Assembly: GCA_965644315.1 (NCBI GenBank)
Contig: CBFFRQ010000027.1
Location: 26,511 to 90,510 of the forward strand
Direction: 5' to 3'
DNA from: Caecitellus pseudoparvulus
Lineage: Eukaryota > Protista > Bigyra: Bicosoecida
DNA length: 64,000 bases
Of the stretch, positions 19,589 to 30,400 are shown piece by piece (position 1 is the stretch's first letter; every line of letters begins with the position of its first letter). The translations under genes were made by a program, and so were the position numbers. The notes below the pieces were generated by a model. That model saw only the letters and a program-made list of their open reading frames with translations, made no database searches and was not told where the DNA came from.

Positions 19589-21544
19589 TCACACCTGTGT
19601 GCCTTGTTGCTGGCGCGCCACGAGCGCAGCCAAGCTGCCTTCGGGCGGCACGTCGCCGGCTGAGCCGACGTCGGCCAAGTCCGCAGTCTGCGCCTGCCCC
19701 CTCGGCAGCACTTGCGCAGCCCGAGGCGACACCCCAGACGGCACGTGAGCTATCCCTGGCAGCTGCTCCCCCTTGGTGGTGAGGGAGATGACTTGTCCAA
19801 ATGACAGCCGCTTGCCTTGCCCTGCTTGCTCGGCAGAGGATGACAAGTGGGGGGACCGAGCGAGAGGGGACACCGTGCCTGGGTGTGGCGTGACAAAGGT
19901 GGGGGGCGGTGTCCGCGCAGGGGTCGTGGGCGCAGTGCCTTGCCTCAGCATGGACTGCACCGCCCCAGCACACTTCTGCAGGAACAGCACCTGTTCCGGC
20001 GTCACTTCCGGGCCGGGCGAGGCGGAGCCCCCTGTCTGCGCCTGCACCCCCCCCCACTCCCACGCAGCGCCATCTGAGCTGTTCTGGAACCCTGCCGCCT
20101 GCATGAGGTGGGGGGTCCCAGGCAATTGCCCCAGGGACCGCTTGTACGCTGAACCCTTCGTTGACACGCGTTTGTACCGGGGCGAAGCAGGGTGCCGCGC
20201 CAGATTCTCCAGGCTCAGCAGCAGAAAACGCAGCCCCGCCGCGCCAACACTCCCTTGGTCTGTGCCTGCATGGGTGCGCAGTGCAGCCCTGAACCGCTCC
20301 AGGGCCTCCGCCAGCGGCTCAGGCAGGCTAGGAGTCGCTTCTGTAGGGGGGGTCGCAGCAGCCGCGGGGGGGGTCCATGCAGCCACCAACTGCCCCAACT
20401 GCCCCCCCTCCTCGCTGTCCACCGCACCGTCGTTGTCTTCTTCCCTGTCTGATGTGCCCGTGATGGCGCCCGCAGCAGCCGGAGGCGCCACGCCACTCGC
20501 CCCACCCCCACGCACCTTGCCAGGCGACGGCTGCTGTGGAATGGCAGAGCTCCACGTAACGCGCCGAGGAGTGGTGCCTGGCGGCGGTCGAGGGGGTGTG
20601 CCTGCGCTGGCAAGGCGCCGGCGGGGTGGCCCTCGCCGCAACGCGCTGCTGGGGGCTGGTGTCATGGCCCCCCCCTGCTTGGCTGTCGCCCACGTCTGGG
20701 CACTGCCCCCCCCGCTCACTTCCGTGGCAGTGGAGGCGCTCCCGTGCCTGCTCGCACCTCCACTCCCCTGTGCTGACAGTAGGGGCGTCGATAGGGAGCT
20801 GGCCAGTGGCGAGATGAGGCCGGTGAAGGCGCCTTGCAGGGCCCCCAACTGACCCTTGATGCTGGCCAGGTCTGCCACCATGCCCGCCAGCATCTGGGGT
20901 GTGCCTGGTGGCATGGTCTCTACAGCTGGCGCAGCGGACACGGTTGTGCCTGGTGTTGCACTGGCTTCCTCGTGTGCCTGGTGCAGCGAGGGTGCGGCGG
21001 GTGCGGGGGGCGTCACGGGCACGGCAGCTGTTTGGGACGCAGCAGCTGCCGCTGCCGTGCTGCCTGGGCCCCAGTCCGTGAGTGGGCCGGTGGAGGGTGC
21101 TGGTAGGCGTGGCAGGGTCGCGGTATGAGTTTGGCCCACGTCCGCCACCGCCTCCTCCTCGCCCAGCCACCGCCGCACCAGCGCCTGGCCACGGGAGATG
21201 AAGGACTGTGCCTGAGCCAGGGCTACATCCGGGCCAATGTCCTCCACGTGGCGCCACGCCACGCCCAGCGCAAATCCGAGCGCTGCAGTCATGGCCAGGG
21301 CAGGGGAGCTGGCTGCCGCAGCAGATGCGAAGCGGCCAGTGCTGGGCACAACGCTCGTTGTGGTGGCCCTGGCCACAGCAGCCTCGATTTGAGACGCCGA
21401 GAAGCCTTGCGACCGAAGGAAAGCCACTTTTTCTGCTAGTGGTACGTGAGCCAGCCGCTCGTGTTGCAGCAGGGCGACAGCCTGGCTTAGAGCAGGCGCG
21501 CTGGCGCTTGGCGGAATTTGGCCCCCTCCACTTGCCCCAGCCAT
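19589..21544 (-). CDS. PEX14: Pex14-like peroxisomal docking protein fused to a PUB domain and a PEX39/KPWE-domain-like C-terminal segment, 651 aa
   Basis: Pex14_N-like QAVALLQHERLAHVPLAEKVAFLRSQGFSASQIEAAVARA; hydrophobic segment ALAMTAALGFALGVAW; short coiled coil; PUB-like LRFLLLSLENLARHPASPRYKRVSTKGSAYKRSLGQLPGTPHLMQAAGF; C-terminal LSFGQVISLTTKGEQLPGIAHVP. Confidence 0.78.
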   Translation of the reverse strand: MAGASGGGQIPPSASAPALSQAVALLQHERLAHVPLAEKVAFLRSQGFSASQIEAAVARATTTSVVPSTGRFASAAAASSPALAMTAALGFALGVAWRHVEDIGPDVALAQAQSFISRGQALVRRWLGEEEAVADVGQTHTATLPRLPAPSTGPLTDWGPGSTAAAAAASQTAAVPVTPPAPAAPSLHQAHEEASATPGTTVSAAPAVETMPPGTPQMLAGMVADLASIKGQLGALQGAFTGLISPLASSLSTPLLSAQGSGGASRHGSASTATEVSGGGSAQTWATAKQGGAMTPAPSSALRRGPPRRRLASAGTPPRPPPGTTPRRVTWSSAIPQQPSPGKVRGGGASGVAPPAAAGAITGTSDREEDNDGAVDSEEGGQLGQLVAAWTPPAAAATPPTEATPSLPEPLAEALERFRAALRTHAGTDQGSVGAAGLRFLLLSLENLARHPASPRYKRVSTKGSAYKRSLGQLPGTPHLMQAAGFQNSSDGAAWEWGGVQAQTGGSASPGPEVTPEQVLFLQKCAGAVQSMLRQGTAPTTPARTPPPTFVTPHPGTVSPLARSPHLSSSAEQAGQGKRLSFGQVISLTTKGEQLPGIAHVPSGVSPRAAQVLPRGQAQTADLADVGSAGDVPPEGSLAALVARQQQGTQV

Positions 21545-21754
21545 CCTGCCCTGTCACGGAAGAAATTCAGGCTGCTGGGAGTACAAATAACGGGCTCCTA
21601 TGTGTCACTTTCCGTGAGCTGCTCAATAATATGGCAGTGGATTTCACCTTTGCCTGGCCACGGACAGTGCGAGCCGGACAGATCTGACAGAGCAGGCAAC
21701 CAAGTACATTTTACAGCCTACACCGAGCCAGGCATTCGCGCAGCGCTAACACTC

Positions 21755-23083
21755 CTACTCCTGTTTGAAGCAGGGTGGGACAGGGCTGGTGCCTCCCGTT
21801 GCCACGCCCTGCGTGTTGGTGCAAGCGTAGAACTTGTCGCCCCACGGCTCCGTGCTGGGGTTGCGCACCACGACATTGTCAAAGCGAATGCCAGTCATGG
21901 GGTTGGTCTCGTTGCCCAGGATGACACCTGGCGACAGCGCCGCGCCTTGCACCGTGATGTCCTTGAAGGTGATGTCGCTCCACGTGATGCCGGCTGGCAC
22001 AGGGCAGGGCAAGCCTGGCACGAACGGCCACAGCAGGTTGCAGGCGCCCTCGTAGCTTGCCTGCTGGGGGCCGATCCAAATGGCCCACTGGGTGGGGTTC
22101 CACAGGCTGATGTTCTGGTACGTCACGCCCGTGATCTCGCCGGTGTACCCCGCCGGTGCAGGTCGGCTCTTCATGTACAGCCCCTTGAACGAATTGGGCA
22201 TGATGCTGTCACGGAACGTGACGTTGCGGACGCAGCTGTGGTGGGCAGAGGGGCCGATGGAGCCGACGGTCAGCCCCACCCCCGACACATTCACGCGCTC
22301 CACGAGCCAGTTCTCGCTACACTGCGCGCGGATGTTGGAGGCGTCCAGCTGCTTCACACACACGCAGTCGTCGTCGTTCCACACCGTGACATCGTGCACC
22401 CACACGTTGGCGCCGGCGATGTCGAAGCCGTCTGTGTTGAAGGCACCCATATTGTACCAGTCGTGGTCGGTGGCGTTGTCGCGGTGCACCTCCACAGCGC
22501 TGTGCCGCACTTCGATGCCGTTCACGTCGTTGGCGAAAAACGTCCAGTACGGGCTCTGCTTCAGCAGCAGGTTCTCCACCAGCAAGTCGCTGGAGTTGTA
22601 AATGTGCAGCAGGCGGGGGCGGTTCTCCCCGATGAGCAGGTACGAGATGTACCCCCACCAACCCTCCCCACTGCCGTCCAGGGTGCCTGTGCCGCTGGAC
22701 GTGAAAGTGACGTTGTTGAGGTTGGACAAGTACCAGCACTCCAGCACCCTGCCGTCGGCCTGCCGCGGCCACGCTGTCTGGTTGTTGTTCCACTTCAGTG
22801 TCCCGTCAATGCGCAGCACAGCGTCGTACAGATCGCCCCCCGTCACGCCGCCAGCGACATGGAAGGTGCCATTCGGCACGAGCAGCGTGTCCCCGCGCCC
22901 CACCATGGCCAAGGCCTTGTTCATCACGGCCGTGTTGTGCTGGCAAACACGCAGAGACGGGTCATCTTCAATTGCCCCGATGTCCTTGATGTTGATAACG
23001 TTGCCTCCTGCAGCGGTGCTGATGAAACACGCTGCTGCCAGCGCACATGCAAGTGCACTGCACTTGGACCCACACCTTCGCAT
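21755..23083 (-). CDS. Secreted glycoside hydrolase family 28 (polygalacturonase-like beta-helix)
   Basis: Signal peptide MRRCGSKCSALACALAAACFISTAAGG. GH28 motifs GTLDGSGEGWW, SPYWT, NTDGFD, NDDDCVCVK, GLTVGSIG. Intronless. Confidence 0.9.
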   Translation of the reverse strand: MRRCGSKCSALACALAAACFISTAAGGNVINIKDIGAIEDDPSLRVCQHNTAVMNKALAMVGRGDTLLVPNGTFHVAGGVTGGDLYDAVLRIDGTLKWNNNQTAWPRQADGRVLECWYLSNLNNVTFTSSGTGTLDGSGEGWWGYISYLLIGENRPRLLHIYNSSDLLVENLLLKQSPYWTFFANDVNGIEVRHSAVEVHRDNATDHDWYNMGAFNTDGFDIAGANVWVHDVTVWNDDDCVCVKQLDASNIRAQCSENWLVERVNVSGVGLTVGSIGPSAHHSCVRNVTFRDSIMPNSFKGLYMKSRPAPAGYTGEITGVTYQNISLWNPTQWAIWIGPQQASYEGACNLLWPFVPGLPCPVPAGITWSDITFKDITVQGAALSPGVILGNETNPMTGIRFDNVVVRNPSTEPWGDKFYACTNTQGVATGGTSPVPPCFKQE

Positions 23084-23625
23084 GCTGCTCCAGGCTACCT
23101 GCAACGCGTCTGCGCGTGAGAACGGCTGAGGTTGCAGGAGGGGGAGTTGAAAGCCCTGCACGTTGCAGAGCAGTGCATGTCCCCAACTTCCAAGCGAGAC
23201 ACACGCACCTGGGGGAAGTGGGCAGCTTTGCAGCTCTGGCCAGGCGACTGAGCGCCGAAGATCTGGGCTGCAAGGTGCACACGACTGCCTTTGTGAAAAT
23301 AAGAGGCAAGATGGTTAGGTTTTGTATTTTTCGATACTGCCCCGTGTCTGAAATGGACCACCCAAGGACTCGGGCAGCACGCGCGTCCGTCTCACGGTAC
23401 TTTGAGTTAGACTTTTTGTGTGCCGACACCGCTCACGCTCCTTTCAGTCTTGACTAACTTGTCTCAGGCGATATCAATTCCTTTTGCTTCTCCAAGAAGA
23501 GAGCCATAAACGAGCCCCACAATCAGTACCTGCAACGTGCAGGACACTGCTGCACTTGAGCACACCAGTCCACCGCGTCACGGGCAGCGTGTGCGGTAAT
23601 TGCACCTTCCATCGGCATACACACC

Positions 23626-24051
23626 ATGCCGACTGAGACACGCGCGGAGAAGGACATCAAGCTGGGCAAGCTCATGTTCTTTGTGGGGCTCCCAGCTCTG
23701 CCCTGGATGTGGGTGGCGAACCTGCTGTACTTCCGCAAACGATGGGCAGAGGGCAAGCTGCCAGCAGAGGCGATTGGGTGTGCGTTGCACTGCGTCTGCC
23801 CGCACGCCGCCTGCACGGCACGCTGTCACCCCCCCATTTCCACCCACCCAGGGCTCAAGCTCTCCATGGTTGGCGTGCTGGTGTGGGTCATCGCCATCGT
23901 GGCCTGGATCGTGGCGTATCAAGTGGAGCGGCCTTTCCCTGGCCTGGCCGTGTGGGCGCCGCCTCGGTACTGGTTCTGGAACGAGCTGCCGTGGAAGTGG
24001 ACCAGTGGCATCCGGTCAGACTTCTCTTCCCCTGATGAAGCAGTGGCTTGA
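23626..24051 (+). CDS. PSENEN: Gamma-secretase subunit PEN-2; 2 exons
   Basis: KLGKLMFFVGLPALPWMWVANLLYF...WLKLSMVGVLVWVIAIVAWIVAYQ follows the PEN-2 pattern (GG..LP.LW.VN..WF; S..G...W......W...FQ) after removing the stop-free 72-nt intron 23780-23851. Confidence 0.85.
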   Translation: MPTETRAEKDIKLGKLMFFVGLPALPWMWVANLLYFRKRWAEGKLPAEAIGCALHCVCPHAACTARCHPPISTHPGLKLSMVGVLVWVIAIVAWIVAYQVERPFPGLAVWAPPRYWFWNELPWKWTSGIRSDFSSPDEAVA

Positions 24052-24410
24052 GCGGGGCCACGTGCTTGTCCGGCCTTGCTCCAGGAAAGCTTGCCTTGCA
24101 GAGAAGTGGCAGCCACACAGCTGGACAGGCGCAGCAGGCGACTGCCGCTCAAGCGCAGCGGATGTTAATGTCGGCAAGCTCGCGGCCTCCTCTTTATGTC
24201 ATCCGGCGCATGCTGGGCGCTTGGCGCCTGCGGCGGTGCGGGTGCGGAGGCTCGGCATTTGCTCCATCGACGCAAATCATGCTGCCCAGGACTCACCATG
24301 ACGACGCCATGAATGCATGCATGAGTCGAGAGAGGCTTGTGCATTGAGTGCACCACACAGAGTGTGGTGTGACAGCTGCGTGCTGTGCATTCCTGCCGCC
24401 AATCGCAGCC

Positions 24411-27400
24411 ATGCTGCACATGCACCTGACGCCGCTGGAGCGCAAGGCATTTGATCGGGGGGACATGCCACCGCCCAGCTCCCGCATCTGGAAGCGCGGC
24501 GCCTTTGCCGCGACGTTCGGCGATGCTTTTGTGGAAGGTGCGCCTGCCAGCTGCCGAGGCGCGTGTGTGCGCGCTCCCACCTCCTGAACGCCGCGAGCTG
24601 CGCAGGAACTGACCTTGAGGGTGGGCTCATCGCGCCGAGCCTGAAGGTGATGAGCGACACGCTGCATCGAGTCGTGGCGCGGGGCACGGACATGGAGTTA
24701 GATGACAAGACAACTTCCGCCATCCTGTGCTTTGCCTCCAAGTGCGCACGGGGGGCTGGCTTTGACAAGGTGCGCAGTGTCGGCCGCCGCATTTTCCGCA
24801 CCCTGCTCACGGCGTTCTGCATGCTCCTAGCGCAGTGGGACCGCTTTGAAATCCCAGAGTACCTGGAGCGACTGCATGGGTACCTGAAATCGCTGAAGCC
24901 CGGGGACTATGCCGTGCTGCCGGGAGGTACGTGGCGTCCGCACGCTGTCCGCGGCGTGTGTCCGCCTCACCACGCCAACTGCCTCGACCTTGCAGGGTGG
25001 AGAACCGGCGCTGGCGGCCACGCCATCATCAATGTCGTGGAGCGCAACGCAGATGGAAGTGCACGGTTCACCGTGTGCAACTCGGGGCAGGGCTTGGGGC
25101 ACCACCCTCAGTCCACGAAGGCCTTCCCAAGCATGGCTGCGTTGGGCAGCATGTCCCTGGACAACATCCCCTGGAGCCGCGTGGTGGACCCAGGCTTCCT
25201 CTTCTCCCTCGTGAACTTGTTCACCAACAACAGGTCGCACGAGAGCGTCGGGTACTTCTACGACGTGCTCATGCCGCACCTGGCAGGGGAGCCGCTGAAC
25301 ACCGCCGTGGCTCGCACAGAGCAGGTGCAGGATTGGGACACGCCCCAGCGAGCAGGGACGTGCTTTTACCGGTGCTGCCTGGTGGCCCTGCGCTACTGCC
25401 TGCGCCGTGCTGGCCTGACCAAGGTGCAGGTGAAGTCCACGAAGCTGGCCATGCGCGTAGAGTTCATGCGCTGGGCGCTGTTCGACCTGCGCCGGGGCGG
25501 GGATGTGGAGGAGGAGGACCAGGAGGCCATGGAGGAGTGGCGCCGGGGCCTGCTGGACATGTCGGGGGACGGCTCCGGCCCCCGCACCTCCCGCACCGCC
25601 CTGCGCCTGGAGCGTCTGGGCGTCCTGCCCCCACTCCGTGACGCCAAGGGGGGGCAAGAGGGGGAGGAGGGGGGGGGTGCGGCGGAGAGCAAGGAGGGGG
25701 ATGCCGCCCCTGACGTGCCTGCCCCCGTGCCAGGGCTGGAGGTGCCGCACACCCTGGACACCCTGCCCGCCCTGCCCGAGGCGGAGCCGGTGGAGGGGCC
25801 GCTCCTGCTGCCCGAGAGCCAGCTCATCATGCTGGGCATCGCTTGCCAGCAGACGGCCCACGCGGCGCTGAAGCACCGGGAGCGCGAGGGGGGCCTGGAC
25901 GAAGCTGGCCTGCAGCGCATCACGGCCGTCATCGAGGAGGTCAAGGCCGCCATGACCAGCGACAACGTCAAGGTGGTGGGCACCTCCGACGCCCTGCCGC
26001 CCAAGCTGGACCTGCGCACTGTCGCCACGGCCTTCCAGCCCTTCGGCAACATGGACCTGCTGGCCAACACAGAGGACGCCTCGCGCTTCGCAGGCAAGTC
26101 CAAGGGCGAGCTGCCCGACCCTTACGTGGACCTGTGCGAGGGCGCGCCGCCTCTGTACACGCCTGCCGGCCGCCCTGTGCCTGGGCAGTGGGGGGACATG
26201 ATGGCCCTCATGCGCCGCGTACTGCAGCGCTGCCACAAGCTGGAACAGAAGGCGTCCGTCACCTCCGCGCGGACGTCTGCGCACCAACGCCTGGCGCTGG
26301 TGCAGCACGTTATCCTGCACCGCATGCCCGTGCCTGTGGCGTGGACTGCGGAGCGGGCGGCGGCGGACCCGGCAGACGTGGCTGATGCGTGGACCCCCGA
26401 GGAGCTGTCGCTGGAGGACCAGCGGGGCATGCTGGTGTTCCTCTTCCGCCTCATGGCGTACCTCGTGTCCAGCATGAAGTCGGTGTCCTACGAGCGCCTC
26501 ATGGCGGGGGCCCACCTTATCTGCTGCGCCAAGGTCACCGCCATCATCCAGCACGTCGCGTGCCTGGTGCCCAACGTCGACCGCCCCGCTGGTGCCGACG
26601 CTGAAGCGTGCATGGCCCAGGCCAGCCCCGTCACCCAGCTGATGGTGGGCTGTGGCCCAGCGGCGGCGTTCTTGCAGGAGGTGTACGGGGAGGCGGAGGC
26701 GGCTGCCACAGCGGGCCAGGCCAAGGGAGGCCTTGTGCGCGAGGCGGTGGAGTACCACGAGACCAAGCCTGGCGCAGCTGAGGCCGCCCTGGAGTCCAAG
26801 GGTGATGGGGAGGCTTCCGCCTCGGCCAAGGCTGCGAGCAGCAGCGGGGCCGCAGGTGAAGGCGCCGACGGCGATGCCGACGCCGAAGGCGAGAAGGAAG
26901 AGGAGGAGGGGGAGGATGCAGTGGCGGCGGGCCGTGAGGCCGCTGCCACGGCGATCGGCTCCCTGGCCACCCGGGAGTCCGTCGCCATCAAGGGCACTCT
27001 GCCGCCTGTTGCGCCAGTGCACGTGCTGGGGTTCGTCAGCGCCGCCCAGTTCGACCTGGCAGGCATGACAGATACGTGCCTGGTGACGGAGCCGGCGGCT
27101 GCGGTGGCACGCGGCGACCTCATCCGCTACTTCCGTGACACGGAGAAGGGGCAGGTGGTGCGCTTGTTCCACTACAACACCGTCCTGGCCATCACTGAGG
27201 ACGACCCCGTGTTCCTCTTCTCACGCGCCCTGGCCCTGGCCCTGGGCAAGCGCTGGTCCAAGCCCTTCGGGCGGTACCGCATCCCCAAGACCGCCCTGGA
27301 GCGCACCATGATGTGGTTCACCGCGGGATTCGACCAGATGCCCGAGTTTGACATCCTGCGCGACATGGGGCTGCTGATCAAGTTGGTGACCTTCCCTGAC

Positions 27401-30400
27401 CCTTCACGGCGGCTGTTTGGCGGGGAGTTCACCTCCAGCACCTGCACGCCGCAGTGGCACGACTACTTCGACATGATGCCCCTGCCGGGGGGCAAGTGGG
27501 CTGCCGTCATCCGCGTCAGCTGCCTGTCGCGGTCCAACATGCCGCCCTTCCCCATCCCCCCCCACACCCTGGACATGTCCACAGTGTGCGCCTTCGTGGA
27601 GGGCGTGGAGAAGCGCGTCAAGGGCAAGTATGCCGGGCCGGTGGACACCACGAACATGAACTGGGACTACCCCCTCGCCACGGCGGAGACGGTGCGGCAG
27701 GCCAAGGAAGCCGCCTCTCGGACGTCGCCTGGCACGCAGCTGCACCGCCTGGTGTCTGAGGAGGACATCCTGCACGTGAAGCGCCTGCCGTTCGACGGCG
27801 TGCTGTCCCGCCAGGAGTGCGAGGAGCTCATGTGCCTGCTGACGGCGCCGTACGTCCGCATCCCGCTGGTGCTCAACTTCTTCGCCAACAACCGACTGGG
27901 GGCGCTGTTCGACCCCAGCATCCGGCGCCTCATCGAACGCATCCTGTTCGAGCCCCTCGCATACGCGCCAGAGGAGGCGAGCGCCGCGGGGGCAGCAGCG
28001 GGCGAGGCACCCCCCCTGGAAGACGCCCTGAAGACCACCACCATCTCCACCGTGCCGCTGAGGGAGGACATTGACGGCAACGTCGTGCTGCCAGATGGAG
28101 CCGGCAGCAAGCGGCAGACGACGACGGCAGCCAACACCTTCTCAGCCTTCGGCACTCGGTACGGCCTGCTAGCCAATGAGCTGCAGGCACACCCTGGGAA
28201 CGTCGTGCGGCCCATCATTGAGCTGGCGCAGCAAGTGGACGACAACTGCACGGGGTCCTTCACCTCCTCCTTCGTCACCCTGCTCGTGTACATCCTGCGC
28301 CTGGCTGTGGACGTGGAGGGGTTCCTCGTCTTCGTCTGCAAGCACGCCGATGCTATGCCGCTGGGGACCGCCAGCACTGCTGAGGCCAAGCACTGGCTTC
28401 GACAGCTGCGCCTTATTACACGAGGCGTGCTGCTGAAGCGCCTGGAAGGCTACATCAGCGAGGCAGAGGAGTGCGTGGCCAGCGAAGACTCCGGCAGCGG
28501 ACAGAAGTCTGGCAGTGTTCCCCTCCCGCCAAGCGGCGGCGGCAAGCGCCCCGGAGGGCGTGGTGGGCCTGGTAGCACCAGCCGCGCCCTGCTGGCTCTG
28601 TCCCGCTTACACGCGCACCGTGCGCTTGTGTTCAAGCACGGCGGCTTCAACCCCGACGCAGACGAGGTGGCTGTGCCTCTCTCTGCCCCCGAGGCGCTGC
28701 AGCTGCTGTCTTCCATCGCCCAGTGCAACGCCTGGACCACAACGTCCTCCTCCCCCCTCATGGAGAAGGCCCTGTCCAAGACTGCCAAGCTCGACAGCGG
28801 GCGCGGCGGCCCCAGCCACAGAGGCAACAGGGCCGGCTCCACGGCGCCAGTGTTCAAGAAGGGCACACGGGAGGCAGCGTACCCCGAACGAGACGGGCTG
28901 ACGTACTGGGTGCCCATGGCAGCTGTGGCCGCGGTGCTGCAGGCACAGCGTGAGGCAGCCATCCACGCCCTGCAGTCTGCCGCGCTCCCGAGCATCAGCA
29001 GCGCCAGCCGCCAGCTGAATGCCTCCCTGAACGCCATTGTGGCTTGTGCAGCCGGCAAGGCGGCCAGCACCTCCATGCTGTGGAAGCCCGTGTTCAAGAC
29101 CGACCTGCGGTGCAAGCGCGTCATTGAGACGCCACACCCCTGCAGCAACAGCGGCACGCAGCTGTGGCACGTGCACTTCCCCGGCTCCAAGCGCATCGTG
29201 CTGAGCGTGGACAGCAAGTCACGCATGGGGCAAGGGCACTTGACCTTCTTCAAGGACGCCAACTGCAACTCGCACTGGGGCCGGGAGAAGGTCTCAGACA
29301 ACTACGGCAGCGGTGGCAATGGCTTCTACGGTGTGGGGGGCACGCCTCCCCTCATCATCCCCACTGATGAGTTCTACGTCGGGTACATCACGCCACCCGA
29401 GCCCACCCGCCCCCTGCACCTGGCGAAGAAGGAGGAATCGCAAGCCGGCTACAGCACCCAGTACGAGAAGGTGTGGGGCTTCAAGCTCACCATCGAGGCA
29501 TCTGTGGATGCGAGCACGGCTGTGGAGCTGTCCAAGGAGCCGATTCCCGAGGGCGCCGGCACCGCGGGTGACGCTGGGCGCACGTGGCCCCTCGGCTGGG
29601 CGTATGACGCCCTGGCTCGCGCTGGGAACGTCAAGGCAGAGGCTGTGCGCCTGCTGGGGGAGCGCCTGGCGTCGGAGCCGTTGCCGCGGGAAGGGCAGGT
29701 GGACTCGGCAGGCAGCGGGCTGTTCTCCAACCCCAACGGCATGGAGCTGAACCTGCAGACGTGCGAAGTGTACCAAGGCGGCCGCCAGCTGCTGCCAACG
29801 CCACAGACAGTGCGGTCTTCCGAGGAGTACAAGGCAGTGTTCAAGAGCGAGAACCCGCTCTGTGGCGTGCACGAAATTCGCGGCCAGTGCTCGACGTACT
29901 CGCTGGACAGCGGCAAGCACACGTACTTCATGACCGAGTGGAAGACGGCACAGGCTCCCACACACGAGCTGGTGCGCAGCGGCCCCGACATCGCCCCTGC
30001 CATCGACAAGCTCAGCGCTCCAGAGTCCGAGGCAGGAGCAGCCATGCAGCGCGCCAGCTCCCAGTCTGTGCTGCATGGCCTGGAGGTGATCAACCTGCAC
30101 CACTCCAGCCGGATGTCGGCTCCCGCCTTTGGCACTGCAGATGAAGATGAAGCAGGCAGCTTCCTGCGCAACCTGCCTGACCTGCCGGCCGATTCGGAGG
30201 ATGCGCTGAGGGCGGCGGTGTCTGCCCGCACTTCTGCGGACGAGGAGCGGTACCGCGTGTCCAAGACACCTGTGGACGCGCTGGATGTCAGCACCATGAA
30301 GGAGCTGCAACAAGACGCCGCCGTGACGGACAGTGAGGTGTACTACGGCTGCCCCCGTGTGGTGGAGGGTGTGCTGCAGTGGCAAGGCGAAGCGTACAGT

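Noticed and set aside
23285-23380. Two imperfect hairpins in the AT-richer GH28/PEN-2 intergenic region
   Set aside because: No snRNA, snoRNA or SECIS signature recognised; consistent with a divergent promoter.
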